Positions 1 through 12,900 of a stretch of 64,000 bases of DNA are shown here, piece by piece. The DNA is from Cirrosporium novae-zelandiae. Its lineage: Eukaryota. The stretch lies in the NCBI GenBank assembly GCA_026023565.1, contig JAPETS010000018.1, forward strand, positions 434,001-498,000. The letters are read 5' to 3'. The notes beneath the pieces are model-generated. The model saw only the letters and a program-made list of their open reading frames with translations, did not search any database and had not been told where the DNA came from. The first letter of the stretch is position 1. Every line of letters starts with the position of its first letter. Position numbers and translations under genes: made by a program.

Positions 1-3000
1 CGAAGGACTTCAGTCCAAAGAACCTTTTCTCCGCACATCTCTAGGAGATCGAGATATAGTGGTTGAAAATTTGGTTGAACTTTGGCACGCTGATCGACAA
101 CATATGCTGCAAGCCATTGGTAGTGCTTTTCTTCGATAACTTCTTTGAGGTCTTTGAGTTTTGCGGCAAGATTCTGCTCTGAGACATTATTTAGGCAGAA
201 CAACACTTTATCTTGAACTTCTTCATCGGGATCTTCGTAAAACCCCGCACGAGATGGAGGATCAACATGGAGAGAGCGAAATTTGTGATTTTGTGCTTCC
301 GCTGAGAGGAATTCTTCGCCATTTCCATTCTGGAGGGCTGAGTTGTCACCAAACCCATTGACATCCACAACATCAGCAACATTACCGTCACCGCTCTGGG
401 TAGGATCATTCTGATGGGCATCAAGGACTTCTTGGGCTTTTTGTAACACCGCAGTATCCCCTAGGTCTGGGACTTGTGTGAGACGTGCGCAGAGGTTCGG
501 CCATTCATGAAGCCTGTCCAGAGATTGCTCAAGCGCCTCTACACCAAATTTATACATGGGAGTTCCGGCAGGATGCTCTCGAACAGCATCAAGAATCATT
601 CCTAGAGCAGCTCGCAATGGGACACCAGCAATGAGCTTGTAATTGATAATTCCTCCGAATATCATCGCCGTCTTCTTCAAAGCTTCCAAAGGATATGTGT
701 CGTACATATAATATTCATCCAGTAATCCATGAACCATGCATGCAAACAGATCTTGGTCATCAGGGTCACGTGAATTTTTGTATTTTCTCATGAGATCAAG
801 AACTCCTTTTTCACTGAGTTCATCTCGGTACATCTTACCATATGTTTCTTGCATTTTCTGGTCGATAGATTTGGGGATTATATTAGCCCTTTCACCATTA
901 GCATCAATAACCTCGTCAAACCCTTGGTTATAATTTATCAGTCTAGGATAAGCTGGAATACAGTGACGTATCAACTTCAGGCCCTCATCGTCTGTACTTG
1001 CATGAAGCAAGAAAATTTCTAGAAGAGCGTTGACAGTTTTGATGGCGAGAGGAATAGTCAGCGGTGGTACTTGCTGAGGTGGTTGCTGGTCACGGCCAGT
1101 TTGCATTCGAAGCTCGTCATCAGCTTTGATGGTCATGAATCTGGAGAGAAAATCGCTGAATTCCCTAAACCCGTGTGCAGCTATTCTGCGGTCCGCCCAA
1201 GCTTCCAGGTCAACCTCTTCTCGTTTATGACCAAGCGCTGCTAAATCAAATGCAAATAGGGTTTGCATCCTCAACAGGTCGTTTATCCAGCCATGCTCCA
1301 GTGCATGATCCAACAACAATGGGAGCTGCATAGGATCGTCCATGTGCAGGTGGTACATTCTTGTCGCTAAAAACCGCTCGTCCTGTTTCCATGCACTATA
1401 GAGCACAAATTGGTAGCCTTCGGTCAACTTGAAGATGAAGGGGTCTATGTATTGGACCATTATTATTGTCTGGGTCGGGGTCCATTCCCTTGGCACATGA
1501 AACCCCGAACAAACAAAAGCAGCTGAATTTGGAGTAAGGACTTCGTGCAAGAAAGAATAACTTGCGGGCGTTTCTAAGCTTTGATCTGACTCAAGCATTA
1601 TGCTAAAAACAGCTCTAACAGCCTCAAGCGATCGAAAAGGACTGCTTTGTAACTTGGCAGCCATCTCTTTAACGGTATCTGGCGCATCAACGAAATCTTC
1701 AAGATCGAAACTAGATCGGAAACGAGGTATTTTTGATATGTCAACTTGATCTGAAGTTGAGCTCAAGAATGCTCGAACAAAAGATAGTTGTGTAAAACCA
1801 AAATGCCACCTGCCTCCCCAGAGAGCTTGAATGTCGAAGTGTTCGTCCTCATGGGATACTTGAAGAAGTGCATTGAATAGACAAGAGAATCGGTCCGAGT
1901 CAACTCTGACATGCTCTTGGTCGAAGTAATGGGTAACTGATTGCCAACTGATCTGCCGTCTCGATGGTATCTGTAGAATGGCTTTGATAAAAGTCGTTGG
2001 GGAGTACTGCTTATAATCTCGAGTACATATCATGTAAAGCAGAGCTGATGCAATCATTTCTTCAGACAATAGATCATTTGGTATGACAGCAAGGAAGCTT
2101 CGGGCTTTATTAATATCACGAGTAATTTCAGGCCCTCCTTCAGATCGAATCTTGTGGATCAGAATATTCTTCTTGTTTGTACTGAGAAGGTCACCCATTT
2201 GGAGTCCATTTGCGACTTCAACTGGAACATCGAGATTTTTCAAGGCATATCCACGTTCAATATGGGAACCAATTGTGGAAATATCCGGCATAGAGGGGTA
2301 TGGGAGCTCTACTAAGCGTTCGATAATTTCACCGAATATTTGGGGGGTTTGATTATGAGGTGAGGTGAGTTGGTTAGGATCATTTGCGTTATCGGGAGAA
2401 TCGTAGATGACAGGACTCTCAAACACAGTTTGGAGCATAGCCGGTAGAGTAGCAGCAATTATATTATTACCTAAGTCGATAACTGTTAGTGGTTTGTACA
2501 TAGCTAGTATCGCAAGTAGCTCCCACCTTTAGTGCGCAAGTCTTCGCTGGGACCCATTTTGGTCTCGAGCGCGAGCATTATTTTTGAGAACGGATCTAGG
2601 TGAAAGTGATCTGCGAACGTAGGCAAATCAAAGTCCTTAAAGATGTCGGTGTCTGTCGAGGTGTATATTGTCTCTGCGAGGTCCTGTGCTGTTTGCCAAT
2701 TTCCAGGAAGTTTTTCTATTATTTCCTCCAGCAGCCTATAGTTGGCTGGGTTTTCTGGATTTTTATTCATGTTTAGAAAGATTGAGGGTGCATTTCCAGA
2801 TATCAAGCGCCTAATATATTTATGGTAGTTTTCGGTGTCCATGGCTTCAATGAGCTAATGTATAGAGTGATGTATTAGCTAGGCTCAGCATATCTAGTCG
2901 ACTTCTAGGGAAGCTTGAATAGTGAATGTGGGTGGTGTTATTTTTACCTTTCTAATATGGGCCATTTGTTGTTCCCACTTGGCTTTCCCTTCCTTCTCAG

Positions 3001-3526
3001 TGATTGAAGTGAGCAACAGGTATATTTGCGCAAGGACTATTTTCGAAACGCTAGACTGTGAATTGGCCCCAGCTGTCGTCACCGAAGAAGTCACGGATGA
3101 CCTATCAAAGGACGCCGTGGTTGGAGAGTTAATGGATGTTTGAGAGAGTGAAGGTGAGAACGTGTTCTTTCTGTTGCCAGAGCTTCCTCCTCCTCCTCCC
3201 CCACCTTGAGATAACGATGCGGATCCTTCAGGTATGGAAGGCGAGCCGGATGGCGTTGAGGATCTCAGGCGACCGAAAGGATTTTGTGGGCCAGTTTGAT
3301 ATGGTTGCGGAGGTCCAGGATTTGTAGCTGTTGGTCGGGAAGAAGTGAGGACAGATGAAAATGAACGTTGTGGAAGTGATGTATTGTCGAGATTTGTGGA
3401 GAGAGGTGCCAGACGGCGGCCACCCGACTGCAAGTTAGACGTTCCCCACGCCGTGTGTTGCCCTCTCGCAGGTCTTGCGCTGGTTGCCCTATCGCTAGCA
3501 GAGGAGGGAGGTGAGTCGGAGGGCAT
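1..3526 (-). CDS. NOT1: CCR4-NOT complex scaffold subunit Not1, 5' part (continues beyond window start). Exons 3526-2948, 2854-2527, 2470-<1
   Basis: Manual splicing gives one frame: introns 2855-2947 and 2471-2526 are GT..CTAAY..AG. Exon 3 reads open to the window edge with Not1-like motifs (YPLEALKKTAMIFGGIINY, MYKFGVEALEQ, LNFFIGDLRK, RVSISVPKFNQ). Confidence 0.9.
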
Positions 3527-4621
3527 TGAAGACTCGGTTACTGCGCATTGATTTGGATTCTCAGATGTTGGAGAACATTAGATTGAATTCGGTTATATTG
3601 CACCAAGGTAACGGCAAGGAAGACTTAAAGACCTATCAAAGAGCGGCCTTTTTGTCTAAAAGATGCTTGTAGAGTATTGAGGGTGGAGGGACTTTCTAAA
3701 GGTATTTGGAATGAGAAGGCTGTATTGAGCCTTCTTCAAGATCCTCGAGATGTAGGCGTGGTAGGCTAGTTAGTGTCGTCGGGGGAGGAGAGGCGAGTCC
3801 TAAGGCCCACGGAGCTTCTTCTAACTTCATGCCCAAATGCATAAAGGCCACAATTACCACAATCAATAGTTATAATTAATTACACCAAATATATTGTTAC
3901 GTCCAATTGTGTATGTACGCATTTCTTATGTGAGCCTTAAGTGATGAAAAATTCCTAACCAGCTTGCTACTACTATCTTGGGACTAAAGGGATTATCTTC
4001 AATCAACGCCTTGAAGTTGAGGCATCAATGGATTGATCTAGATCACGTGCGCACATATCTATGGAATGTGAAATTGACAGTTGTGCGCACAAAGTATAAC
4101 CCGCCATTTATCTTTTTGACTTGCATATATGTATCTATCAAACGGTTTCAAATAATATCATATTAGTTGTAGATATGATGGAGAGTTTAGATTTATGATT
4201 GATAGAGTAATTGAAAGACCTCGTTGCACGTTCCTGCTATCAATTGATCCACTGAATCATTACCACCTCTATTTTGAAGGGCAACAGTAAAAATTTGGTA
4301 CCTTAGGCATTAAGGCATAAGTCGAGGGGGTGGCGGAATTGTGAATTTTGTGGTCAGACTGTGGCGAATGGGATTAATCGATGTTGGTATGAATGTGGTC
4401 TGTGCGTACCGTTGCTGGGTAGCAACCACTATGTTTTGATATGTATACGAACACTTCCAACTTTGGCAATATTTCTCACCGAAAAAGGACGACAGCACTT
4501 CCACCTCATCCTATACCCGCCCAATAATATAACTCCAACCTGTCGAAGCAAAGCCCGCTACCATCTATCATTTCTGCTCAATAATACTTCTGGGAGCCTT
4601 GGAGCTCCTACTCCAGACGAA

Positions 4622-7600
4622 ATGGCTGAACCGCCCCAAGTTCCATTATGCTTTGCAAACAACTTTTGGGGGGAGAAGGGCGAGGCAGGAGTCGGCCCGC
4701 TCTTGGATCGAATGCACAATGCAAAAGTTACTTGCGACGAGCTCAAGTCCTTCTACAGTGGTTCGTATCACCAGCTTCCAGATGGGTATATCTGCTTCAT
4801 ACTGACCACATATCAATAGCACGTGCTGCGCTGGAGGATGAATATTCTAAAAAGCTACTGGCATTAAGCAAAAAGCCTCTTGGATCGGTAGAAACTGGAA
4901 CCCTACGATCGTCGATGGATGTTCTTCGAGGAGAGGTGGAATCGATGGGCAAGGCGCATCAAGTTATTTCCAGTCAGATGAAAACTGAACTGGAAGAACC
5001 TCTATCGGCCTTCGCTGCTGGTATGAAAGAGAGGAGGAAGATTGTTCAGTCAGGGATTGAAAAGCTACTTAAGGTTAAGATACAACAAACGAACATGGTA
5101 AATAAGGTCAGAATATCTCCAGCTACGCTATAGAGGATTACTTTACTCACCAATTGGTAGGCCAGAGATAGGTACGAACAAGACTGTCTGAGGATTAAAG
5201 GTTACCTCGCCCAAGGACATATGGTTATGGGCCAGGAAGAGCGAAAGAATAAAGCCAAGTTAGAAAAGACGCAAGTTCAAATGGCTACCACAAGCAAAGA
5301 CTACGAAGCTGCTGTCAAGGAACTAGAGAAGACATTTGGCCGATGGAACCGTGACTGGAAAATTGCTTGCGACGTATGCTCCATAGCCTATGATTGATCC
5401 TAACCTATGCTAATAGATGTCACAGAATTTTCAAGATCTAGAGGAAGAACGACTAGACTTTACGAAAAGCAGTCTTTGGAGTTTTGCTAACATTGCATCG
5501 ACAGTGTGCGTTACCGATGATGGTGTGAGTACTCAATAATCACTCTTTGTTTGGCTTTCCTGACCCTCGATTCAGTCTTGCGAGAAGATCCGTCTTTCCT
5601 TGGAGCTTTGTGAAGTAGAAAAGGATATTATGACATTCATCCAGGAGTGCGGAACCGGCCAGGAGATTCCTGATCCACCTAAATACATCAATTTTGCTAG
5701 AGGTGATATCAGCGATACCGCCTCAGAACCCTCGGAAGACGAGAGCTACTCAGTTGCCCAATTCCAGCGTACCATAAATCCTGCATACAGAAGTTCATCT
5801 CCCCAACCTTCCACCTATGAATCACATCATGATCCACATTCCACCCTTGCGATACAGATGGGATTGAAAAATCCCGGTACACCTCCGAGTAGGGAAACTA
5901 CTATGACTCCAGAACAACTCATGTTAGATCACCCTCCTCCGTTAAACCAATCGAGAAATGCACCAAGCCCACATCAAATGCATTATCAGCAGCCAAGGGC
6001 CCTGCGAGACTCCACATCATCACTTGATCAACAGCGAAATATGCCAAATGCACACCAAATGCAATACCAACAGCCAAGGTCTCATCGAGACTCTACATCA
6101 TCAATAGATCAACAGCGAAACGGCCCAAGCGCACATCAAATGCAATACCAGCAACCGAGACCCCTTCGAGACTCCACGTCGTCACTTGATCAGCAAAGAA
6201 ACGCCCCAAGCTCACGACAGGCTCCGTATCAACAGAGAACTCGACAAGAATCTCCGGCATCAACTGGACCCAGCCCACGACAGATTCAGTATCAAAATAG
6301 ACCCCGACAAGAATCTCCGGTTGCAACCGGGCCAAGTCCGCGCCAATTGCAATATCAGCACAGTCCTACCCAGAACCCCCCTTCGCCAATCGAACAACGA
6401 AGAAACCCGCCAAACCAGGCACAATATCAACAAACACCTCATGGAAACGTCCCTGTTGTACCTCATAATGAATATCCTGCTGATGGAATGACCATGTTCT
6501 GCCGGACAGGTCCACCTTCAGACTCTAGCTCGGCCATCAGTCCAAACCGGCCATCTAGTAGCGATTCACACAGCGAATACTCTAATCCAACCTCCTTTTC
6601 CAGCCAAGAGCCTTCAAGTGGAAAGCAATCTCCTACAAAGATAGTGGCTCCTACACCTGTGGCTCCTCCAGTCGTAGCTCCTAAACCCTTAACTTCTTCG
6701 CCCACCAAGGACGTTCAAAAGAAGAGAAGTGGATTCTTCAGTAATAGTCCTTTCCGGAGAAAGAGCAAGCATGAAAAAGATAACGCCAGACCTCAGCGCC
6801 CGACCGTCAATTTCCGTGCGACCTGGGGACCTTCAAATCGCAATAATGAGAGTAAAACTGCTGTTACTTCCAATCGCTTCCCACAAGTCAACCAAAGCAA
6901 AAATATCCTAAGTAACAATCGTTTATCTGGGAGCCCTGAGCCTGTTGATCCACGGGCAAACTTCCAATTAAATGTTGGTAATAATGTCTTCGATGTGGCA
7001 TCTCCAGATACTCGAAAGAAGGCGAATACTGCCTCGAAAAAAGCGACCGTTGAAGAATTGGACCCGATCGCGCAAGCTTTGGCTGAGTTGAAGGGAGTTA
7101 CAAAACAATCTTCTACTCGTGTTTCAGCTGATAGATATCATGGCATTCAAACTCCAGCTCCACCAAGCAACCCCGGTGGAAGTGCTACAAGCGCTGCTCA
7201 ACGTGGAACTCCGCCTCCGTCTTATAATGATACATCCACTAAACGACTAGACGCTCCTCGACCAGCATTTACTTCTTCACAAATGCAAAAGACTACACAG
7301 AAATATATTGGTCAAACCCAAGAAATGTTTGGGGGCTCTAATTCAAGACCTAACACCGGGTCACGACCTGGAACTGGAAACAATTCACGGCCTGGCACTC
7401 GTGGAAGTACGCACAATGATATACCTCGCGCAACTTCTCCAGCTCCTCCAAGGGCAGCCAGTCCCCGACCTGTGATATACGCAGAAAAGCGTCAGACCCA
7501 GCCTCGTGCTGCAAGTCCAAACCCTCCCTACGCTGCTCCACCTGCGAATCCTCCACAGGCCACCTTTTCTGCACGCCCTAAGCCTGCTCCAGTCAATACT

Positions 7601-8649
7601 CGTGCTCCAAGTCCAAATCCATATACTGCTCCTGCTGCAAATGCTCCTCCAAAACCCTTTAATTCACGCTCCAATACTGCTCCAGTGGTTCCTCGTGCTG
7701 CGAGTCCAAACCCCCCATACGCTGCTCCACCCGCAAATCCTCCACAAGCCACCTTTTCTGCACGCCCTAAGCCTGCTCCAGTCAATACTCGTGCTACCAG
7801 CCCAAACCCATATATGGCTGCTTCTTCAAATCCTCCTTCAGCAACATTCGCCCCACGCGCTAATCCTACTCCAACCAAACCTCGTGCCAATCCACCTATT
7901 TCTTCTAACAACCGACCACGAGCCCAGTCGGGTAGTCCCGTAAAGAGAAGCAGTGGACAATACAACGCCTACTCCCGTCAAAACTCTCCCAATGATATTC
8001 GTCGTGCCCCCTCGCCACAACCCCCACCACAGGCCCAACCGCCATCGCAACCACAATCGCAACCACAGTCGCAACCACCACCACAACCACAGGCCCAACC
8101 GCAGCCACAACCACAATTTACTCGACAAGACAACAGACCAGGCAGTAGTGCTGGTATGCAGGCTAATATGCAGATCCAACTCGCGCAGCCAGTCGCTGCA
8201 GAGCCCACTGGATATGGAAGTAATCAACGAGGGCGTGGTGGAACCTTCAGCAACACTCAAAGACCACAGTCATATTATGGTGGACAGCAGGCATCGCAGC
8301 AACAGCAACCTGCACAAGCAGCACCTCCTAGCAATAGAGGGAGGAGTCAGAGCATGGCACAAGAAGGAAGAATGGCCCAGTTTACACCAAGTGGAAGGTT
8401 AATTATGCATTTTGGTGAGTACAATTCACTCTTTTATTTTATCAAGAGAGCCTTGCTAATATCAGTGTCACAGCACGGGCAATGTATACCTACACAGCTG
8501 CCATACCCGAGGAACTCGGCTTTGCAAAGGGAGATATTCTAGCTGTGTTACGGCATCAAGATGATGGATGGTGGGAGGCCGAACCTACAGGCCCAGGTGC
8601 TGAAGCTAGGCCAGGATTGGTGCCGAGCAATTATTTACAGAGTTGCTGA
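4622..8649 (+). CDS. F-BAR (FCH) plus C-terminal SH3 septation/cytokinesis protein, Cdc15/Imp2/Hof1 family. Introns approx. 4760-4819, 5107-5160, 5374-5425, 5524-5575, 8414-8473
   Basis: N-terminus FANNFWG..GVGPLLDRM..CDELKSFY..RAALEDEYSKKL is an FCH motif. Long S/P/Q-rich linker follows. The last exon encodes an SH3 domain (ARAMYTYTAAIPEELGFAKGDIL..DDGWWEA..GLVPSNYLQSC*). Confidence 0.9.
5966..6208 (+). repeat. Three tandem 81-bp (27-aa) coding repeats HQMxYQQPRxxRDSTSSxDQQRN in the F-BAR protein linker
   Basis: Directly visible in the translation and DNA (cgagactccacatcatcacttgatcaacagcgaaa variants). Confidence 0.9.
7502..7870 (+). repeat. Coding tandem duplication, 189-bp period, made of PRAxSPNP-type subunits
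   Basis: 7502 cctcgtgctgcaagtccaaaccctccctacgctgctcc recurs at 7691 as cctcgtgctgcgagtccaaaccccccatacgctgctcc. Confidence 0.9.
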
Positions 8650-9308
8650 TGAGTGGAGTACATGAATGATGGTTTCAAGAATTCTACAAGCAATATGAGA
8701 GTGAGATGACTGAGACGTGCAAGTGTCGAGACGGTATGATGATCACTGGATGATGTATTTTTGTTTCTTGTCTAAGATGTCTTGGATTCCTTTACGAAGG
8801 CGCACTTTGCACATATGGTGGCGGGCGTCATATTTGGAGCGTTCTGCGTATTCAATTTTTGATCCGGGTATGCATGGCCCGACCCGTTTTGTGTTTCTGA
8901 TTGCGGAGATGTGACACTTTAGTCTCTTTATATTTATATTCTGCCCTGGTAACGGCCTAGTTTCGATTGTATGGAATGATGGATGGCAAGCCAAGATGAA
9001 CCTTCATTCCTAAGCTCCTGTCGGATCCTCGTTTTACTTTTTTTTTCTTCTTTTTTTTTACTTCTTCATCTCGTGCTACTGTACACTTCAGAATAGCATG
9101 GCGATGCAATTCGGTGAATAAATACCCTAGGGAAGGAGAATGAATGGGTGTTGATAATTAGGTGTTCTTTATAAGAATGTATGGATTTAAGATTGTAAAT
9201 GAATATGGAAATGGTGCTTTTTTTTGCCTTGGTACAGCACATGTAGCATTATAACTGAATCCCTTCACATTAAATAGGATGATGTTCATATAAGGATTTT
9301 CTAGACCG

Positions 9309-9428
9309 AAAAACGAACCCAGAAACGTGACCTTAGGGAGGTCTTCGAATTGAAATTGTTATTAAAATATTGAAAACTGATTTTGTTAAGGCCTCCTTAA
9401 AGATCACTTTTTCTAGATTCGTACTTTT
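9309..9428. mobile_element. Degenerate palindromic MITE-like repeat, same family as 59136-59287
   Basis: ccagaaacgtgaccttagggaggtcttc...tgaaaactgattttgttaaggcctccttaaagatcacttt aligns with 59157-59262 (ccagaaaagtgaccttggggaggtcttc...tgaaaactaattttgtttgaaggcctccccaaggtcacttt). The two arms are inverted copies of each other. Confidence 0.7.
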
Positions 9429-9992
9429 AGGGGGGGGCGAGGGGTCTAGTGGCTTTTCTAATTATCTGCCTGAAAGTATAGTAGAATTGTAAGAAGTATT
9501 GATCGTTGGTTTTTTTTCTTCATGTGGTGGGTGAATAGGACTTGTGCTAGGAGGGTAGGAGAGTGGTGTGAGATGGAGAAGGATGGTATAGGATATAGAC
9601 ATTTATTATATTTGTATTTTCTCGTGACAACTAAGTGTACGAATTGTGCGAATTGTTATTATCATTTGTTATTACAGCACTTGCTTGGTAGTGATACCGA
9701 AAACAAAAAAAACAAATAACCTCAAGAGTTGCGTATTTCTATTACCACCCACATTTGCTATTTGGTATTCGTTAATACTAGAGTATGCTATTTATCTTCT
9801 AGGGATAATTGGGTTATGGGATGGACTAATTGTATAATAATATTAAACTTTTGTAACTTTTGTAACTTTTGGAGTAGTAACCATCTAACATCTAATAGAA
9901 AACATCAAAAAAAAAACAGGAAATAAAAAAATCATGTACGCATTGTCCCAACCAACCAAACCAATCTCTTTTTTCCCCCCACATATCTCTTC

Positions 9993-12900
9993 TCACCCCT
10001 CAGACTCCGCAACCTCACCAAACCACTGTCTCAAAGCCCCAGCCAGCACCCCCGGCAACTCCCTCACATCTTCCACAACGATCCAATACGCAAACGGCCA
10101 GCTATCCAAATAGCGTCTCAACCCCTTCCCCGGTTCCCACAACTTCAAATCCAGGATACTGCTCCCGACCACCACAAACACAACCATGACGCGTTCTTCC
10201 TGCGCCTGCAGGAGCAGTTGCTTGATGCGGTCGTGGTTCTCGAAGTTGCCGTCGCTGATGATGAGTTCGAGTTGCCAGAGGGATGTGGAGGTGGAGGTGG
10301 AAGAAGAGGAGGTGCGGGATGTGGCGCGCGCGGTGCGGAGGAGGGAGAGGGAGTGGGTTAGGAGGGAGAGGATGTCAGTGCCTGTGCGGGTGAAGGTAAA
10401 GTGTTGGAAGACGTTTACGCCGGCTTCGCTTGTGAAGGGTTTGTCGAAGGGGTGGGCGATTCGGAGGCCTGTGGGGGAGTTGTCATTATTGTTGCCGTCG
10501 GGATTGGAAGCGGGATCTGTGCTTCCACCAAACTCGACGATGCAGAGTTCGCCCACCTCGAGCATGCTGAGGGATTTGGAAACGAGAGCGAGGGTCTCGA
10601 AGGCGAGGTTGTGGGCTCCGGATTCGGCCATGGATTTGCTGTCGTCGACGGCGAGGAGGATCTGATACGCGCGCTTTGAGGGAACCGAACGCCGCATCCA
10701 GATTTTGTCGCGCTTGTATTGCGAGGCGATGTAAGGGATGATGCGTTTTATGTTGAGACGTTTTCCTGTGCGGAAGTCGCCGCGCATTTTGGTGGCAAGG
10801 GTAGGTGCGAGGATTAGGCGTAGTTGTTCCGTTAGCCCTAGGCTGAGATCGTGTGTTAGATTTTCGTATTTTGTCCAGAGTTCGCGAGCGGAGTCGAGGG
10901 AGCGCGCGGTGGGGGAGTCAGTGGCGGCTAGCTGCATGGTGGAGAGGTTGTTGTCAACGGAGGAGATGGAGTCTGAGGAGGACATTTCAATGTCTTCGTC
11001 TTGGGGCTGTTCATGAGATTGGATATTCTCGCCGATGACGGCACCGGGATTCTTTTGCTCTTCATCATTTGCAACACCTGGTTGACGGTCGTCTGTTTCT
11101 GCGATATCGTCCATCTCCACATCGGTATCATGCTCGACCTCATCCATGTCAACATTAGGCACGTTGTCAGAATTTTTGGCATTATCGTCTAGGGCGAAGT
11201 TTTCGTCAACTGCTTTAGCTTGGTCTTCGGTAGCAGCACCAAGGGCTTGAGTATCTGCTTCAGCTTCATTGTCTGGTAGATGCTCGAACTCCATGTCATC
11301 AGCCGCAGCAATCTCTTCCTCGCTGACTTTGTTCTCCCGTTCTTGGCTGGATGCTTCTTGAATCTCTTGCTGTTGACGATGCCATTGTTCAAGGATGTCT
11401 CCTAACTTCTTGAATGCCTCTGAACCTTCACTGGGCTGAGACAGCTCCTCCCTCTGATCATCTGTGCCCTCATCAACTTGACGATCACGTTCTTCATCTC
11501 CACTACCTAGGCTTTGCTGGGCTAACTCGCCAGCCTCACCCTTAGCTCCCTGCTTATCTTGACTCTTGCTTTGCATTGATTGTTCATGCTCATCTTTCTC
11601 TGGCTCTTCGAGACCAGCACCGACAGCTTGATTATCGCTTGTAGCTGCATTTTCTGGATCGATTTCGGCATTGTCGGCTTGGTCTTCGAGAAGATATGTT
11701 TGATTGTCTTCGGGGGGTGCTTCTTCATTCTCATCTGTCTCTCTAGCCTTGTTGTCATCGACCTCGCCGTTCTCTTCAGGGTCTGTGGTTTCCGGAGGAG
11801 CATTAGAGTCTGGAACATCATCCATAATATCATCCTCTTGGTTTTCGGTGGGAGGTTCGTCTTGCTGATCGTCATCAGCAGGAATGTCAGAGATACCGCT
11901 CATACCGTCGTCAGATTCATCACCATCGGCAGATGCATTATCCCCATCTAGCTGTATTTCGTCCGGTAATTCGAGAGCCTCTTCTTCTTGGGTATGCGGA
12001 TCCATCTGCTCTGGTTCCTCGTATCCAACCTGGTCCTCTCCTTCGAGTGCTGCATCATCCGAGTCATTAGGCTCCTCTTGACCTTCTTCGTCTTTGCTCT
12101 CATCCCCAGCATCATTTTCTCCAGCCCGCTGTTTATCTTCATTTTTCTGACCAACACCCTTATCGTTCTCCTTATCCTTTTCATCATTTGCTTCTTCGGC
12201 AGAGCCATCCCACAGCTTTTCGTCGACATCGCCAGCGTCAAGGTCATCAGCCTGTCCGACTTCGGAGTCCAACTCTTCATCTGATTCTCCATTTTCTGAA
12301 CCCTTTTCCTCATCCTCTTCCTTATCGGCTACATCTTCTGTTTCACCAGCCATTTCTTCATGGTCCATGTCAATTGCATCATCATCATCATCATCACTAA
12401 CATCTTCCTGTTTGCCCTTCTCACCTTGCTGTTGGGCAAGTTCAGAGAGATCCTCATCTTCCTGAATATCTTTACTAATGTTTTCGGCACCTTCACCTTC
12501 GCCTAAACCAGTACCGTCCTCGAGCTCTCCGGAATCTCCTCCTTTCTCAGAAGATTCTTCCTGTGGAGTACAGAACCCTTGTGAGGCAATTTCAACAAAT
12601 GACTTAACTAGGATGTAGGTCATTTTGCATGTCGAACGGTGAAGTTGGCAATATCGATCAAAAGCATTGCGACAAATAGCCAGGTACTGTTGAAGAATAG
12701 GGAGAGCAGATGCAAAAATGGCAGATGCAATGGCCACTCCATTATCAGACCCAATGTTCATGACCTGTTGAAGAGCAGCTTGCAGGTAGTCGATAATATT
12801 TGAAATATGGAAGGACTGGATTACTTTCCAACTCACAGAGTCCGCGTCTACGAGCCATGCTTTATCTTCCGCCGATTTGGGGACCAATTTTTGTTCTTGA

